Source: an uncultured delta proteobacterium | GTDB lineage: Bacteria > Myxococcota_A > Polyangia > Polyangiales > Polyangiaceae | DNA length: 64,000 bases | Assembly (NCBI GenBank): GCA_963716725.1 | Contig: CAVQUB010000015.1 | Location: 64,001 to 128,000, forward strand | Direction of reading: 5' to 3' | In this document: positions 1 through 9,236 of the stretch, piece after piece | Layout: each line of letters opens with the position of its first letter | Numbering within the stretch: position 1 is the stretch's first letter | Made by a program: the position numbers and the translations under genes | Notes under the pieces: generated by a model | Database searches by the model: none | Seen by the model: the letters and a program-made list of their open reading frames with translations, nothing else | What the model was told of the DNA's origin: nothing

Positions 1-287
1 CGGAGCGACTCGGCGCAACTTCCGGGCCCGACACGCTTCGCGATGGCATCAGCCCGCCGGTCGCCGCCTTCTTGGCCCTGCGCCTGCGGGCCGTCGCGGG
101 TGAGATCCCCGACGCCGAGCTGGTGACCCAGGCGCTGCTCGGCATGTGGATCCGGATCGGGCTGCGATACGTGTTCGGCCCCCGCATCCCGAAGAAGACC
201 GCCGCGGCGCTCCTCGCGCGGCTCTCCCTGGGCGCGCTCGGAGCGGTCGTGCCCGCTCTCGCGCCGATCCAACGAAGTGAGAGGTGA
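1..287 (+). CDS. 3' end of a helical protein, possibly the C-terminal domain of a TetR-family regulator (truncated by window start)
   Basis: Frame is open from position 3 to TGA 285-287. Amphipathic helices ...ELVTQALLGMWIRIGLRY... No diagnostic motif visible. Confidence 0.4.
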   Translation, partial: ERLGATSGPDTLRDGISPPVAAFLALRLRAVAGEIPDAELVTQALLGMWIRIGLRYVFGPRIPKKTAAALLARLSLGALGAVVPALAPIQRSER

Positions 288-290
288 GCC

Positions 291-419
291 ATGAACCAGG
301 CCCAAATGATCGACGCCCACAGCCTGATCCGAGACCCGTGCGAACCGTGCAGAGCGTACCTGGCCAATGAGCCGCGCAGGCTGCCGGAGTTTTCGACCGG
401 TGGGGCCTCGCGGCGCTGA
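291..419 (+). CDS. Putative 42-aa small protein with CxxC, or a gene remnant
   Basis: ATG 291 follows GAGAGGTG (SD-like) and ends at TGA 417-419: MNQAQMIDAHSLIRDPCEPCRAYLANEPRRLPEFSTGGASRR. Confidence 0.3.
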   Translation: MNQAQMIDAHSLIRDPCEPCRAYLANEPRRLPEFSTGGASRR

Positions 420-445
420 TTTGGGACGATCTGGGCAGAGCCGGA

Positions 446-1591
446 TCATGGACCTGATCGAAGGTCTGCTCTCGGCGCCGCCAGTGGCCTCGGCGCGGTC
501 GTGAGGCGATCGGCGATGCGACGGTGCACTGCCGGCATCGCGAGGGCGTCGAGGTCGCCCTTGCGTCGGAAACCGAAGGCAGCGCCGTCGGGCTTCGACC
601 GGGTGGTGCAGCGGAATACGTCGAGGGTGATGCGATAGCGGGTGATGGAGTGCTTCAGGCTTCGCTCGAGCTCGTAGCTGAGCGCGCGCGTGCCGAGCGC
701 GCGGGCCAACCCCGCTTCGGGGGCCTCGCCGGGACGGAGCTCCGCGTGCGGGAAGCACCACAGGCCTGGCCAGCGTGCTGCGTCTTCGGGGAGCTGCATC
801 ACGAGGACTTGCCCGCGCTGCTCGACGATGGCCGCGACGCCGTGCACGCGGAGCGTCTGCGCCCGGGCGGCCGCCTCCGGCAGCTCGGTTTGACGGCTCG
901 TCGCTCGGGCGACGCAGCGCGCCCGCCAGGGGCAGCGCTCGCAGCTCGGGCTCTTGGGCGTGCAGACCGTGGCGCCGAGCTCCATCAACGCCTGGTTGAA
1001 GTCGCCGGCCCGAGCGCCCGGGACCAAGCGTTCGGCGAGCCGCCAGAGCTCCGCCCGCAGCGGGTTCTTCTTGGGATCGCCCCCGAGCCCGAAGCGCCGG
1101 CAGAGCACCCGCTCGACGTTGCCGTCGACGATGGCCGCGCGCCGGCCGTGCGCGATGCTCGCGATGGCGCCGGCGGTGTAGGGCCCCACGCCCGGCAACG
1201 CGGCGAGCTCGGGGACGCTCGCCGGGATCTGCCCGGCGTGGCTCTCGACCACCACGCGCGCGGCAGCCAACAGGCTCTTCGCGCGCGAGTAGTAGCCGAG
1301 CCCCTGCCAGGCGTGCAGCACGTCGTCCGGATCCGCGCTCGCCAAGCGTTGCACGTCGGGAAAGCGTCGCATCCAGCGCTGGTAGTAAGGAATGGCGGTG
1401 GCGACCTGGGTCTGCTGGAGCATGACCTCGCTGACCCAGATCGCGTAGGGATCCCGGGTGCGTCGCCAGGGCAGGTCGCGCGCGTGTTTGGCGTACCAGC
1501 CGAGCAGGCCGCGCCTCAGTCCCGCGACCTCAGCGGATGAGAGCGAGGTTGGCTTGTCGGGTTTTGCGTCGTGCCAGTCGGTGTCGCTCAC
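446..1591 (-). CDS. mutY: A/G-specific adenine glycosylase MutY
   Basis: WVSEVMLQQTQV, WQGLGYYSRA, HhH LPGVGPYTAGAI, VDGNVERV, 4Fe-4S C-x6-C-x2-C-x5-C, C-terminal NUDIX-like domain. GTG start overlaps the upstream TGA. Confidence 0.95.
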   Translation of the reverse strand: MSDTDWHDAKPDKPTSLSSAEVAGLRRGLLGWYAKHARDLPWRRTRDPYAIWVSEVMLQQTQVATAIPYYQRWMRRFPDVQRLASADPDDVLHAWQGLGYYSRAKSLLAAARVVVESHAGQIPASVPELAALPGVGPYTAGAIASIAHGRRAAIVDGNVERVLCRRFGLGGDPKKNPLRAELWRLAERLVPGARAGDFNQALMELGATVCTPKSPSCERCPWRARCVARATSRQTELPEAAARAQTLRVHGVAAIVEQRGQVLVMQLPEDAARWPGLWCFPHAELRPGEAPEAGLARALGTRALSYELERSLKHSITRYRITLDVFRCTTRSKPDGAAFGFRRKGDLDALAMPAVHRRIADRLTTAPRPLAAPRADLRSGP

Positions 1592-2421
1592 GTCGCGCGC
1601 TCTCGACAGCGCTCGAGTTCGACGGGATCGTGGGCCGAAAATACCCTCACCTCGTCGGAGTTCTCGCGCACCAGGGTGCGAAGGCGCATCTGATTTCTGA
1701 GGCGCGCCTGGCCGTCGATCTCGACGATGCGTTGGAACACGTCGAGCAAGGGCGGGCAGCGTCGACGATCCGGCGCCATCTCCAGCCGGTGGAAGTAGGC
1801 GTCGCCCGCGTGCAGCAGCCACCCGCTCTTGCTCTGCACCGCGACTCCGGAGTGCCCTCGCGTGTGGCCGTGCAGCGGGATCAGCAAGATCTCGGGTGGC
1901 AGCCCGTCGAGATCGCGGACGCACTCGAAGCCGAACCATGGCTCGCCCTTGGCTTGGTACACCGCCCAATTCGGACCGTGCGCGAAGTGGGCCTTCGCGT
2001 AGCGGGTCCGTTCGATGCGGGTCTTCGGGTGCAAGACCGCCTCCTTCTCCAGCGCGTGCACGTGCAGCGTCGCCTGGGGAAAGTCGACGATGCCGCCCGA
2101 GTGATCGAGATCGCAGTGAGTGAGTACGATGTGGCGGACGTCGTCGCGGGAGAAGCCCAAGCCCTCGACCTGGCAGAGCGCGGTCTCGGCGGGGTCGCGC
2201 ACCGGCTGCGCGAACAGGAGGAACTCGCGTCCGAGCGTGCGCTCTGGGCTCTCGACGTCGCGGGTGCCGAGCCCCGCATCCACCAACACGAGCCCCTCGG
2301 AGGTCTCGATCAGCAGGCAATGGCAGACGAGCTTGGTCGGCGCGAAGAGCGACCCAGAGCCGCTGAGCAGCCGGCCCCCGTAGGGACACATGGTGGCGCA
2401 GTTCAGGTGATGGACCTTCAT
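1588..2421 (-). CDS. MBL-fold metallo-hydrolase
   Basis: MKVHHLNCATMCP start, THCDLDHSGG (HxxxDH), GHTRGH, HAGDAY, FSAHD. Confidence 0.9.
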   Translation of the reverse strand: MKVHHLNCATMCPYGGRLLSGSGSLFAPTKLVCHCLLIETSEGLVLVDAGLGTRDVESPERTLGREFLLFAQPVRDPAETALCQVEGLGFSRDDVRHIVLTHCDLDHSGGIVDFPQATLHVHALEKEAVLHPKTRIERTRYAKAHFAHGPNWAVYQAKGEPWFGFECVRDLDGLPPEILLIPLHGHTRGHSGVAVQSKSGWLLHAGDAYFHRLEMAPDRRRCPPLLDVFQRIVEIDGQARLRNQMRLRTLVRENSDEVRVFSAHDPVELERCRERAT

Positions 2422-2488
2422 GGTGACGACTCGGGTCGCCGTACCACCGGAGGCCGCCCATCGGCAATGGATGCGCCGAAGATTTCCC

Positions 2489-3508
2489 TCAGGGCTGCGT
2501 GCAGGAGGCGCTGTTCGAGACCACGACGTCGTCGATGTTCCAGCCGCCGCCGCTGTACGCGCTGCTCGATGCGACGCGGTAACAAAAGCGGACCTGGAAC
2601 GTCGAACTCTTGTAGCTGGACACGTCGAACTTCTGCTGCATCCAGCTGCTGTCGTCCACCTTGCCGGTGGATGGCGCGGAGTAGACCGTGCTCCAGGTCG
2701 AGCCGTTGCTCGAGACCTCGACCTTGCTGTAGACGTAGCTCGGGTAGTCCGAGTGCAGGTGTCGCCAGTACGACAGGTGCAGCGTCGATGCGCTGCCGGC
2801 GTTGATGGTCGGGCTCGTGATGCAGTAATCCGTGGTGCTGGTGGTGAGCGGATAGCAGCCGCCGAGCACGACGCCGGCGATCTTTCCGTCGCCACTGTGG
2901 TCCGTCGCAGGATCTTGGCCTCCGGATCCGCATGCGGTGGACGCCTTCGCGGTCCCGACTTCCCAGTTCGTGCCGAGCTGCCAGGCGCCGGTCCCGCTCG
3001 CAAAGGTCTCGCTGAAATAGTTGGTGCAGCCGCCGCCGCCGGAGCCTCCGCTGCCTCCCGTCGCGCCGGAGCCTCCGCTGCCTCCCGTCGCGCCGGAGCC
3101 TCCGCTGCCTCCCGTCGCGCCGGAGCCTCCGCTGCCTCCCGTCGCGCCGGAGCCTCCGCTGCCTCCCGTCGCGCCGGAGCCTCCGCTGCCTCCCGTCGCG
3201 CCGGAGCCTCCGCTGCCTCCCGTTGCGCCGCTGCCTCCCATCGCGCCGGAGCCGCCGCTGCCTCCCGAGCCGGCCGCGCCGCCGGCCCCGGCCGCGCCTC
3301 CGAACCCGCCGCCGGCCCCGGCCGCGCCCCCGGACCCGCCGCCGGCCCCGGAGCCCCCGCTGCCGCCGGACCCTCCAAAAGCCCCGGATCCCCCGGTGGC
3401 TCCACCGCCATCGGGCGCCCCGCCGCCGCCGCCGCCACCCGCGCCCCCGCAGGCGGCAATCAGTGCGATGGAAAACAACCCCAAACTCGAAACCGCGCGC
3501 GTGCTCAT
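2489..3508 (-). CDS. Lipoprotein with Gly/Ser/Thr linker and C-terminal beta-sandwich (MAM/immune-inhibitor-A-like) domain
   Basis: Lipobox LIAAC, then long GGSG repeats, then ITSPTINAG...VEVSSNGSTW...GWNIDDVVV. Confidence 0.75.
   Translation of the reverse strand: MSTRAVSSLGLFSIALIAACGGAGGGGGGGAPDGGGATGGSGAFGGSGGSGGSGAGGGSGGAAGAGGGFGGAAGAGGAAGSGGSGGSGAMGGSGATGGSGGSGATGGSGGSGATGGSGGSGATGGSGGSGATGGSGGSGATGGSGGSGATGGSGGSGGGGCTNYFSETFASGTGAWQLGTNWEVGTAKASTACGSGGQDPATDHSGDGKIAGVVLGGCYPLTTSTTDYCITSPTINAGSASTLHLSYWRHLHSDYPSYVYSKVEVSSNGSTWSTVYSAPSTGKVDDSSWMQQKFDVSSYKSSTFQVRFCYRVASSSAYSGGGWNIDDVVVSNSASCTQP
3038..3226. repeat. 27-bp coding tandem repeat x7, encoding (ATGGSGGSG)n on the minus strand
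   Basis: Unit gccggagcctccgctgcctcccgtcgc starts at 3038, 3065, 3092, 3119, 3146, 3173 and 3200. Confidence 0.95.
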
Positions 3509-3596
3509 GGCGGCCATCATACGCCGGCTCCGGCCAAGGGCTTCCCGCCGTCCGTTGCTCTTCGTTCTTCCGGCCGGCCGCGCTAGGCTGCGGCCG

Positions 3597-4709
3597 ATGT
3601 CCGTTCCCACCGAAATCCCGCTCGAGTCCATCCGCACCGACGGATGGTTCGAGCGCATCGGGGAGAGCATCGGCAGCTTCCAGGCGCTCTGCGACATCAT
3701 CGGCGCTCGGTTCTTCGCGTTCGCGATGATCACGGGCGCGCGGATCACCGCGCTGACGGTCGATCGGCGCAATCCGGACAACACCCTCGTGGACTTCGTG
3801 GTCGGTGCGCCGGACGCGGAGGTGACCGACGCGGACACTCAGCGGCTGACCTTGGCCGACTTCCGGCGCAGGCTGGTGGCCGCTTTGGTGACCGAGGAGC
3901 CCATTGCGGCTCCCCCGACGCGACCGACCGACACCGAGGCCGTGCAGCTTCACGTCGGGGTGCGCTACCTGCTCTTGGCGCCGCTCTACGGCTACAGCCT
4001 CACCAAGCTGAGCATCGCGGACGGCGACTCGTTCGTGGACCTCTCCCACGATGGCATCGACGAGCGCTACGGCCTCGGGGAGCTGCGCGCGAGGATCCGG
4101 ACTCACGTTCGCGAAGAGCTCGACCGCATTCAGCGCGGGGGACGCAGCGCCATCGATCTCGGGCGCATCACCGAGGCGGAGGCCGCAGAGAAGCGCGGCG
4201 AGCCCCTGCGCGTGATCGAGCTTTTGGGCGCGTGGCCCGCGCCGCTGGCGATCTTCCTCAGGACCCCCGAGGGGCAGCTCCTGGCCCCCGACACCCGGGC
4301 GCTGATCGCTCGGGGCCTCGGCTACCTCGGCTCGGCATGCATCGTCTTGGGGGAGGTTCAAAAGGGCGAGGAGATCCTCCGTCTCGGTGTGCAATACGCG
4401 GGCGACGGACCCGCGGCCTCCGAGATCTACGCGCGCCTCGGCGAGTCCATGGTCCGCAGCGAGCGCCACGGCGAGGCCATCGGACCGCTCCGCCGCGCGA
4501 TGAACCTCGGGGCCGACGGTGCGCGGATTTGGCCGCTCTTGGCCCGAGCGCTCACCGAACGGGGCAGGTTCATGGCCGCCTATGGCGCGGTCCTCGAGGC
4601 CCGCGCGGCCGGGGCCGAGGGACCCACCCTCGATGCCAGCGTCGAGCGGATCAGGCGGGGTCTGGGACCCGGGTTCGACTCCTGGCAGAGCCTCGTCGGC
4701 GGCAATTGA
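3597..4709 (+). CDS. Hypothetical protein with C-terminal TPR-like repeats
   Basis: MSVPTEIPLESIRTDGWF start. TPR-like helices YARLGESMVRSERHGEAIGPLRRAMNL. Confidence 0.8.
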   Translation: MSVPTEIPLESIRTDGWFERIGESIGSFQALCDIIGARFFAFAMITGARITALTVDRRNPDNTLVDFVVGAPDAEVTDADTQRLTLADFRRRLVAALVTEEPIAAPPTRPTDTEAVQLHVGVRYLLLAPLYGYSLTKLSIADGDSFVDLSHDGIDERYGLGELRARIRTHVREELDRIQRGGRSAIDLGRITEAEAAEKRGEPLRVIELLGAWPAPLAIFLRTPEGQLLAPDTRALIARGLGYLGSACIVLGEVQKGEEILRLGVQYAGDGPAASEIYARLGESMVRSERHGEAIGPLRRAMNLGADGARIWPLLARALTERGRFMAAYGAVLEARAAGAEGPTLDASVERIRRGLGPGFDSWQSLVGGN

Positions 4710-4863
4710 CAGCCGAAAACCCCCGCAGGACCAGCCCCACTGGGCCGCGAGCCTGGGGCTAGGCTGAGGGCCGATCACTGTGGTACACGCTCCGAGCGTT
4801 CATGCGGGATTTCCGCGGGTTACAACCGCCGAACCCCCACGAGCCGCTTGCACGGATTGAGAG

Positions 4864-5223
4864 ATGACCGAGCTCTACTTGCCGATGTTCATCATGTTCG
4901 CCATCGCCGCGGGGATCTGCGCGGTGATGTTCTTGGGCGGCCAGTACCTTGGGCCCAAGAACCCGACGGCCGAGAAGCTCCTGCCCTTCGAGTGCGGCAA
5001 CGACACTTCCGGGACGCGCGGGGTGAAGCTCAGCGTGAAATTCTACCTGACCGCGATCCTGTTCGTGGTCTTCGACATCGAAGCGGTGTTCATCTACCCC
5101 TGGGCGGTCTTGTTCAAGGGGCTCGGCTGGACCGGCTTCCTCACGATGCTCGCGTTCATCGTCGCGTTGCTCGTGGCACTGGCTTACTGCTGGAAGAAAG
5201 GCGCACTCGAATGGGAGAGCTGA
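4864..5223 (+). CDS. nuoA: NADH-quinone oxidoreductase subunit A
   Basis: PFECG, FYLTAILFVVFDIEAVFIYPWA, WKKGALEW. Three TM helices. Confidence 0.96.
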   Translation: MTELYLPMFIMFAIAAGICAVMFLGGQYLGPKNPTAEKLLPFECGNDTSGTRGVKLSVKFYLTAILFVVFDIEAVFIYPWAVLFKGLGWTGFLTMLAFIVALLVALAYCWKKGALEWES

Positions 5224-5793
5224 GGCAGCCGACGACTCAAGAAGTGCTCGAGACCGGGCAAGGACAGGGCTTCGCCACCACGAAGTTCGAGGATCTGCTG
5301 TCGTGGGCCCAGAAGTACTCGCTGTTCATGTACCCCTTTGTCACGGCCTGCTGCGGCATGGAGTTCATGTCCGTCTCGGGCCCGCGCTTCGATCACTCGC
5401 GCTTTGGAGCGGAGGTCCCCCGCTTCACACCTCGACAGAGCGACCTGCTCTGGGTGGTGGGCACCATCGTGCAGCGGCAAGCGCCGATCCTGAAGCGGAT
5501 TTACGAGCAGATGGCGGATCCGAAGTGGGTGCTCGCCTTCGGCACCTGCGCGTCGGTCGGCGGGTTTTACGACAACTACGCCTGCGTCGCGGGCATCGAC
5601 AAGATCATCCCCTGCGACGTGTACATCCCGGGCTGTCCTCCGCGTCCCGAAGCCGTGCATCGACGGGCTGATGTTGCTCCAGGACAAGATCCAGTCGGGT
5701 GATCGGCGACCGGGGATCGTGAAGCCTCGGCTCGATCCAGTGACCCGCCCCGACATGGGAGTGGTGCAGCTTCGTCACTCCAAGCACGGGTGA
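5211..5793 (+). CDS. nuoB: NADH-quinone oxidoreductase subunit B (one +1 frameshift near 5658)
   Basis: TACCGMEF, TPRQSDLL, FGTCASVGG, VYIPGCPPRPEA. Continues in +1 frame as IDGLMLLQDKI... to TGA 5791-5793. Confidence 0.92.
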
Positions 5794-5831
5794 TCCCTTC
5801 GCCGCCGCCGGCATCATCTCAGGACCCTTCG

Positions 5832-6405
5832 ATGGCCAAAGCCCTGCTCCAGCTCATCAAGCTCGAATTTCCCGACGCCGTCCTCGAGACGCACTCGCAG
5901 CACGGAGACGATACACTCGTGGTGGACGCGGCCGCGTGGAAGCCCGTGGCGCACTTCTGTAAAGAACAGCTCGCCATGGAGATGTTGGTCGACCTGACCT
6001 GCGTGGACTTTCCGCACCGCGAGCCGCGCTTCGACGTCGTGGCGCACCTGCACTCCTTGTCCAAGGGTCAGCGCCTGCGCCTCAAGGCCCGGGTCGGGGA
6101 CGTCGAGGGCGAGCAGGCGGAGATCGACTCGCTCACGGAGCTGTGGGCGTCTGCCAATTGGGCCGAGCGCGAGGCTTGGGACATGTTCGGCGTGGTCTTC
6201 AAGGATCACCCCGATCTGCGACGGATCCTGACCTATCCGGAGTTCGTCGGGCACGCCACTGCGCAAGGACTATCCGGCCGATCGCATCCAGCCGCTGGTG
6301 CCCTACCGCGAGGTGGACAACGTCGAGAAGCTGCCGCCCTTCGATCACGACGAGGGCATGAGCTTCGGTCGTCAGAGCCATCTCTTCCCCGGGGGAGACG
6401 ACTGA
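5832..6405 (+). CDS. nuoC: NADH-quinone oxidoreductase subunit C (one +1 frameshift near 6255)
   Basis: ANWAEREAWDMFGVVF, HPDLRRIL, GH/PLRKDYP. TGA 6403-6405 overlaps the nuoD ATG. Confidence 0.92.
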
Positions 6406-7621
6406 TGGAACCTCTGGATCGAGACCTCGACGAGAGCGAGATCGAGCTCGCCGCCGAGCCCATGCTGATCAACGTCGGACCGTCGCATCCGGCCATGCAC
6501 GGCACCGTGCGAGTGGTGATGGAGCTGTCGGGTGAGACCATCGAGCGCTGCGACGTGCAGGTCGGCTACCTGCACCGCGGCTTCGAGAAAATGTGCGAGC
6601 GCGGCACCTGGACCCAGGTCTTCCCCTACGTCGACCGCTGCAACTACGTTTCGCCGATGTTCAACAACGTGGGCTTCTCGCTGGCCTGCGAGAAGATGCT
6701 CGGCATCGAGGTGCCCGAGCGCTGCCAGTGGTACCGCATGATCCTCGGTGAGCTGGCGCGCATCTCCGACCACCTGACCTGCGATGGCGCCATGGCCATG
6801 GAACTCGGCGCGTTCACCCCGTTCTTGTGGATGGTGAAGGCCCGCGAGATGGTTTGGGACATCATGGAGGAAGAGACCGGCGCGCGTCTCACCCACAGCT
6901 TCGGCCGCGTGGGCGGCATGGCGGCGCCGCCGACCCCGGGTTTCAAGGAGCACACCCGGGCCGTGGTGCAGCAGATCCGCCAAGTGGTCGACGAGGTGAA
7001 ACGCCTCTTGCTCGGCAACCGCATCTTCCTCGATCGGCTCGAGGGGGTCGGGGTGATCAGCGTCGAAGATGCGCTCTGCTCTGGGCTGGACCGGGCCGGC
7101 GCTGCGCGCCGCGGGCGTGGCCTACGACGTGCGCAAGGCGCACCCGTACCTCAAGTACGGCGAGGTTGACTTCGACGTGCCCGTGGGCAGCACCAGCGAC
7201 TGCTACGATCGCTTCATGGTCCGCATCGAGGAGATGCGAGCAGAGCGCGCGCATCATCGACCAGTGCCTCGAACGCATGCCCGACGAGGGCCCGATCAAC
7301 GTCGACGATCCGCGGGTCGTCCTGCCCCCGAAGGACGAGGTCTACTCGACCATCGAGGGCACCATCCGGCACTTCAAGATCGTGATGGAGGGCCTGAAGA
7401 TCCCGGCCGGCGAGGTGTACAGCTACACCGAAGGCGGCAACGGCGAGCTCGGCTTCTACCTGGTGAGCGACGGCAGCGGCACACCGTGGCGGGTCCGCAT
7501 CCGGCCACCGTGCTTCTACGTGACCGGCGGACTGGAACGGATCATCACTGGCCAGATGGTGGCCGACGTGGTGCCGTGCTTCGGGACCCTGAACATGATC
7601 GGCGGCGAGTGCGACCGCTAG
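6405..7621 (+). CDS. nuoD: NADH-quinone oxidoreductase subunit D (two +1 frameshifts, near 7078 and 7238)
   Basis: [55 protein letters not shown] across three frames. Confidence 0.93.
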
Positions 7622-7633
7622 CGATGACTGGGA

Positions 7634-9236
7634 ATGCCTACGTTCAAGCTCGACGGACAAGAAATCCCCTTCGAACAGGGGGAAACGCATCATCGCCGCG
7701 GCGCACCGCGCGGGAGTGGACATCCCCCACTACTGCTGGCACCCCGGGCTCAGCGTCGCGGCCAACTGTCGCATGTGCCTGGTGGAGGTCCTGCCACCGC
7801 CCGGTCGCAAGGCGCATGATGCTCGATGTCCTGGAGTGGGACGCCGACAAGCAAGACTACGTGCCCGCCAAGAAGCCCAAGCTCCAGCCCTCGTGCCAGC
7901 AGGCCGCCGGCGACGGCATGGAGGTGGCGAGCTCTTCCAGCGAGCACGTGGCCCAGGCGCGCAGCGCGGTGCAGGAGTTGCTGCTGCTCAATCACCCGGT
8001 CGACTGCCCGATCTGCGATCAGGCCGGCGAGTGCCGGCTGCAGGACTACTGGCTCGAGCATCAGGGCACCAAGAAGCGCATGCACCGACGAGATCGTGCA
8101 CAAGCCCAAGGGCGTCGTGTTCGGTCCCACCATCGTGTACGACGCCGAGCGCTGCATCGTCTGCACCCGCTGCGTCCGCTTCTGCGAGGAGGTAGCCAAG
8201 GATCCGGTGCTCGAGAAACGCGAGCGCGGCACACTCAACGAGATCGTCCTGGCGCCGGGTCGCGAGCTCGATCACGGCTACACTCTGATGACCGAGTACG
8301 TGTGCCCGGTCGGCGCGCTCACCGCTCGGGACTTCCGCTTCAAGGCGCGGGTCTGGTTCCTGCGCAGCGCGCCCGAGCGTCTGCACGGGCTGCGCCACGG
8401 GCTGCAACGCGTTCACGGACTTCGATCCCCGCGACAACACCGTGTATCGCTACCGCCCGCGGGAGAACATGGCGGTCAACCAGTACTGGATGTGTGACGA
8501 GGGCATGCTCGACTACCGGCGCGTCCACGAGCACCGCATCCTGGTCTCGCGGGTGCGCGGCAAGAAGACGTCGTTCTCGGACGCAGTGGAGAAGGCCGCG
8601 GCGGTGCTGACTGGAGTCGATCCCGATCGCCTCGGGGTCGTGCTCTCGGCCCAACACAGCAACGAGGACAACTTCGCGCTCTTACGCCTGCTACGGGACT
8701 ACCTGGGCACGGGTCACATCTATCTGAGCGGGCGGGCCGAGGGGCTCGGCGATTCGGTGCTCAAACACGCGGACAAGAACCCGAACACGGCTGGAGTGAC
8801 GGCGCTCTGTACGAGCTCCCCGCCCAAGTCGTTCGCGGAGATGGCCAAGGACATCGTCGACGGTCGCATCACCCACGTGGTTGCGCTCGGCTCGTATTCA
8901 TCCGATGCCACCAGGACCGACGCGCTGTCGAAGCTTCAGGGTCTGGTGACGTTCGCGACGCGGGAAGGCCCAATGGCCAAGCACGCGACCGTGGTGCTGC
9001 CGGTCTCGAGCTGGGCAGAGTGCGACGGGACCTTCGTCAACGCCAAGGGCATGGCGCAGGAGAGCGAGAAGGCCATCGCTCCGCGCGGCGACAGCCTGCC
9101 GGCGTGGAGGCTCGTGGCCGTGCTGGCGAAGGCGCTCGGGCTTCCCATGGCCTGGACCAAGCTCGCTCAGGTTAGAAAAGCCATGGCGCCCGAAGCGGGC
9201 GCGACCGTGGCGCAATCGACGGGAGCTGAGGCATGA
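7634..9236 (+). CDS. nuoG: NADH-quinone oxidoreductase subunit G (four +1 frameshifts, near 7688, 7815, 8083, 8372)
   Basis: [63 protein letters not shown]...WMCDEG, GTFVN. Confidence 0.9.

Noticed and set aside
5790..7169. Apparent NuoCD fusion ORF in the track
   Set aside because: It results from the +1 shift near 6255. The corrected nuoC ends at TGA 6403-6405, overlapping a separate nuoD ATG.
5211..9236. Calling nuoB/C/D/G, mtnA, E1-beta and obgE pseudogenes
   Set aside because: All motifs are intact, there are no nonsense codons, and obgE is normally essential. The pattern fits consensus error better.
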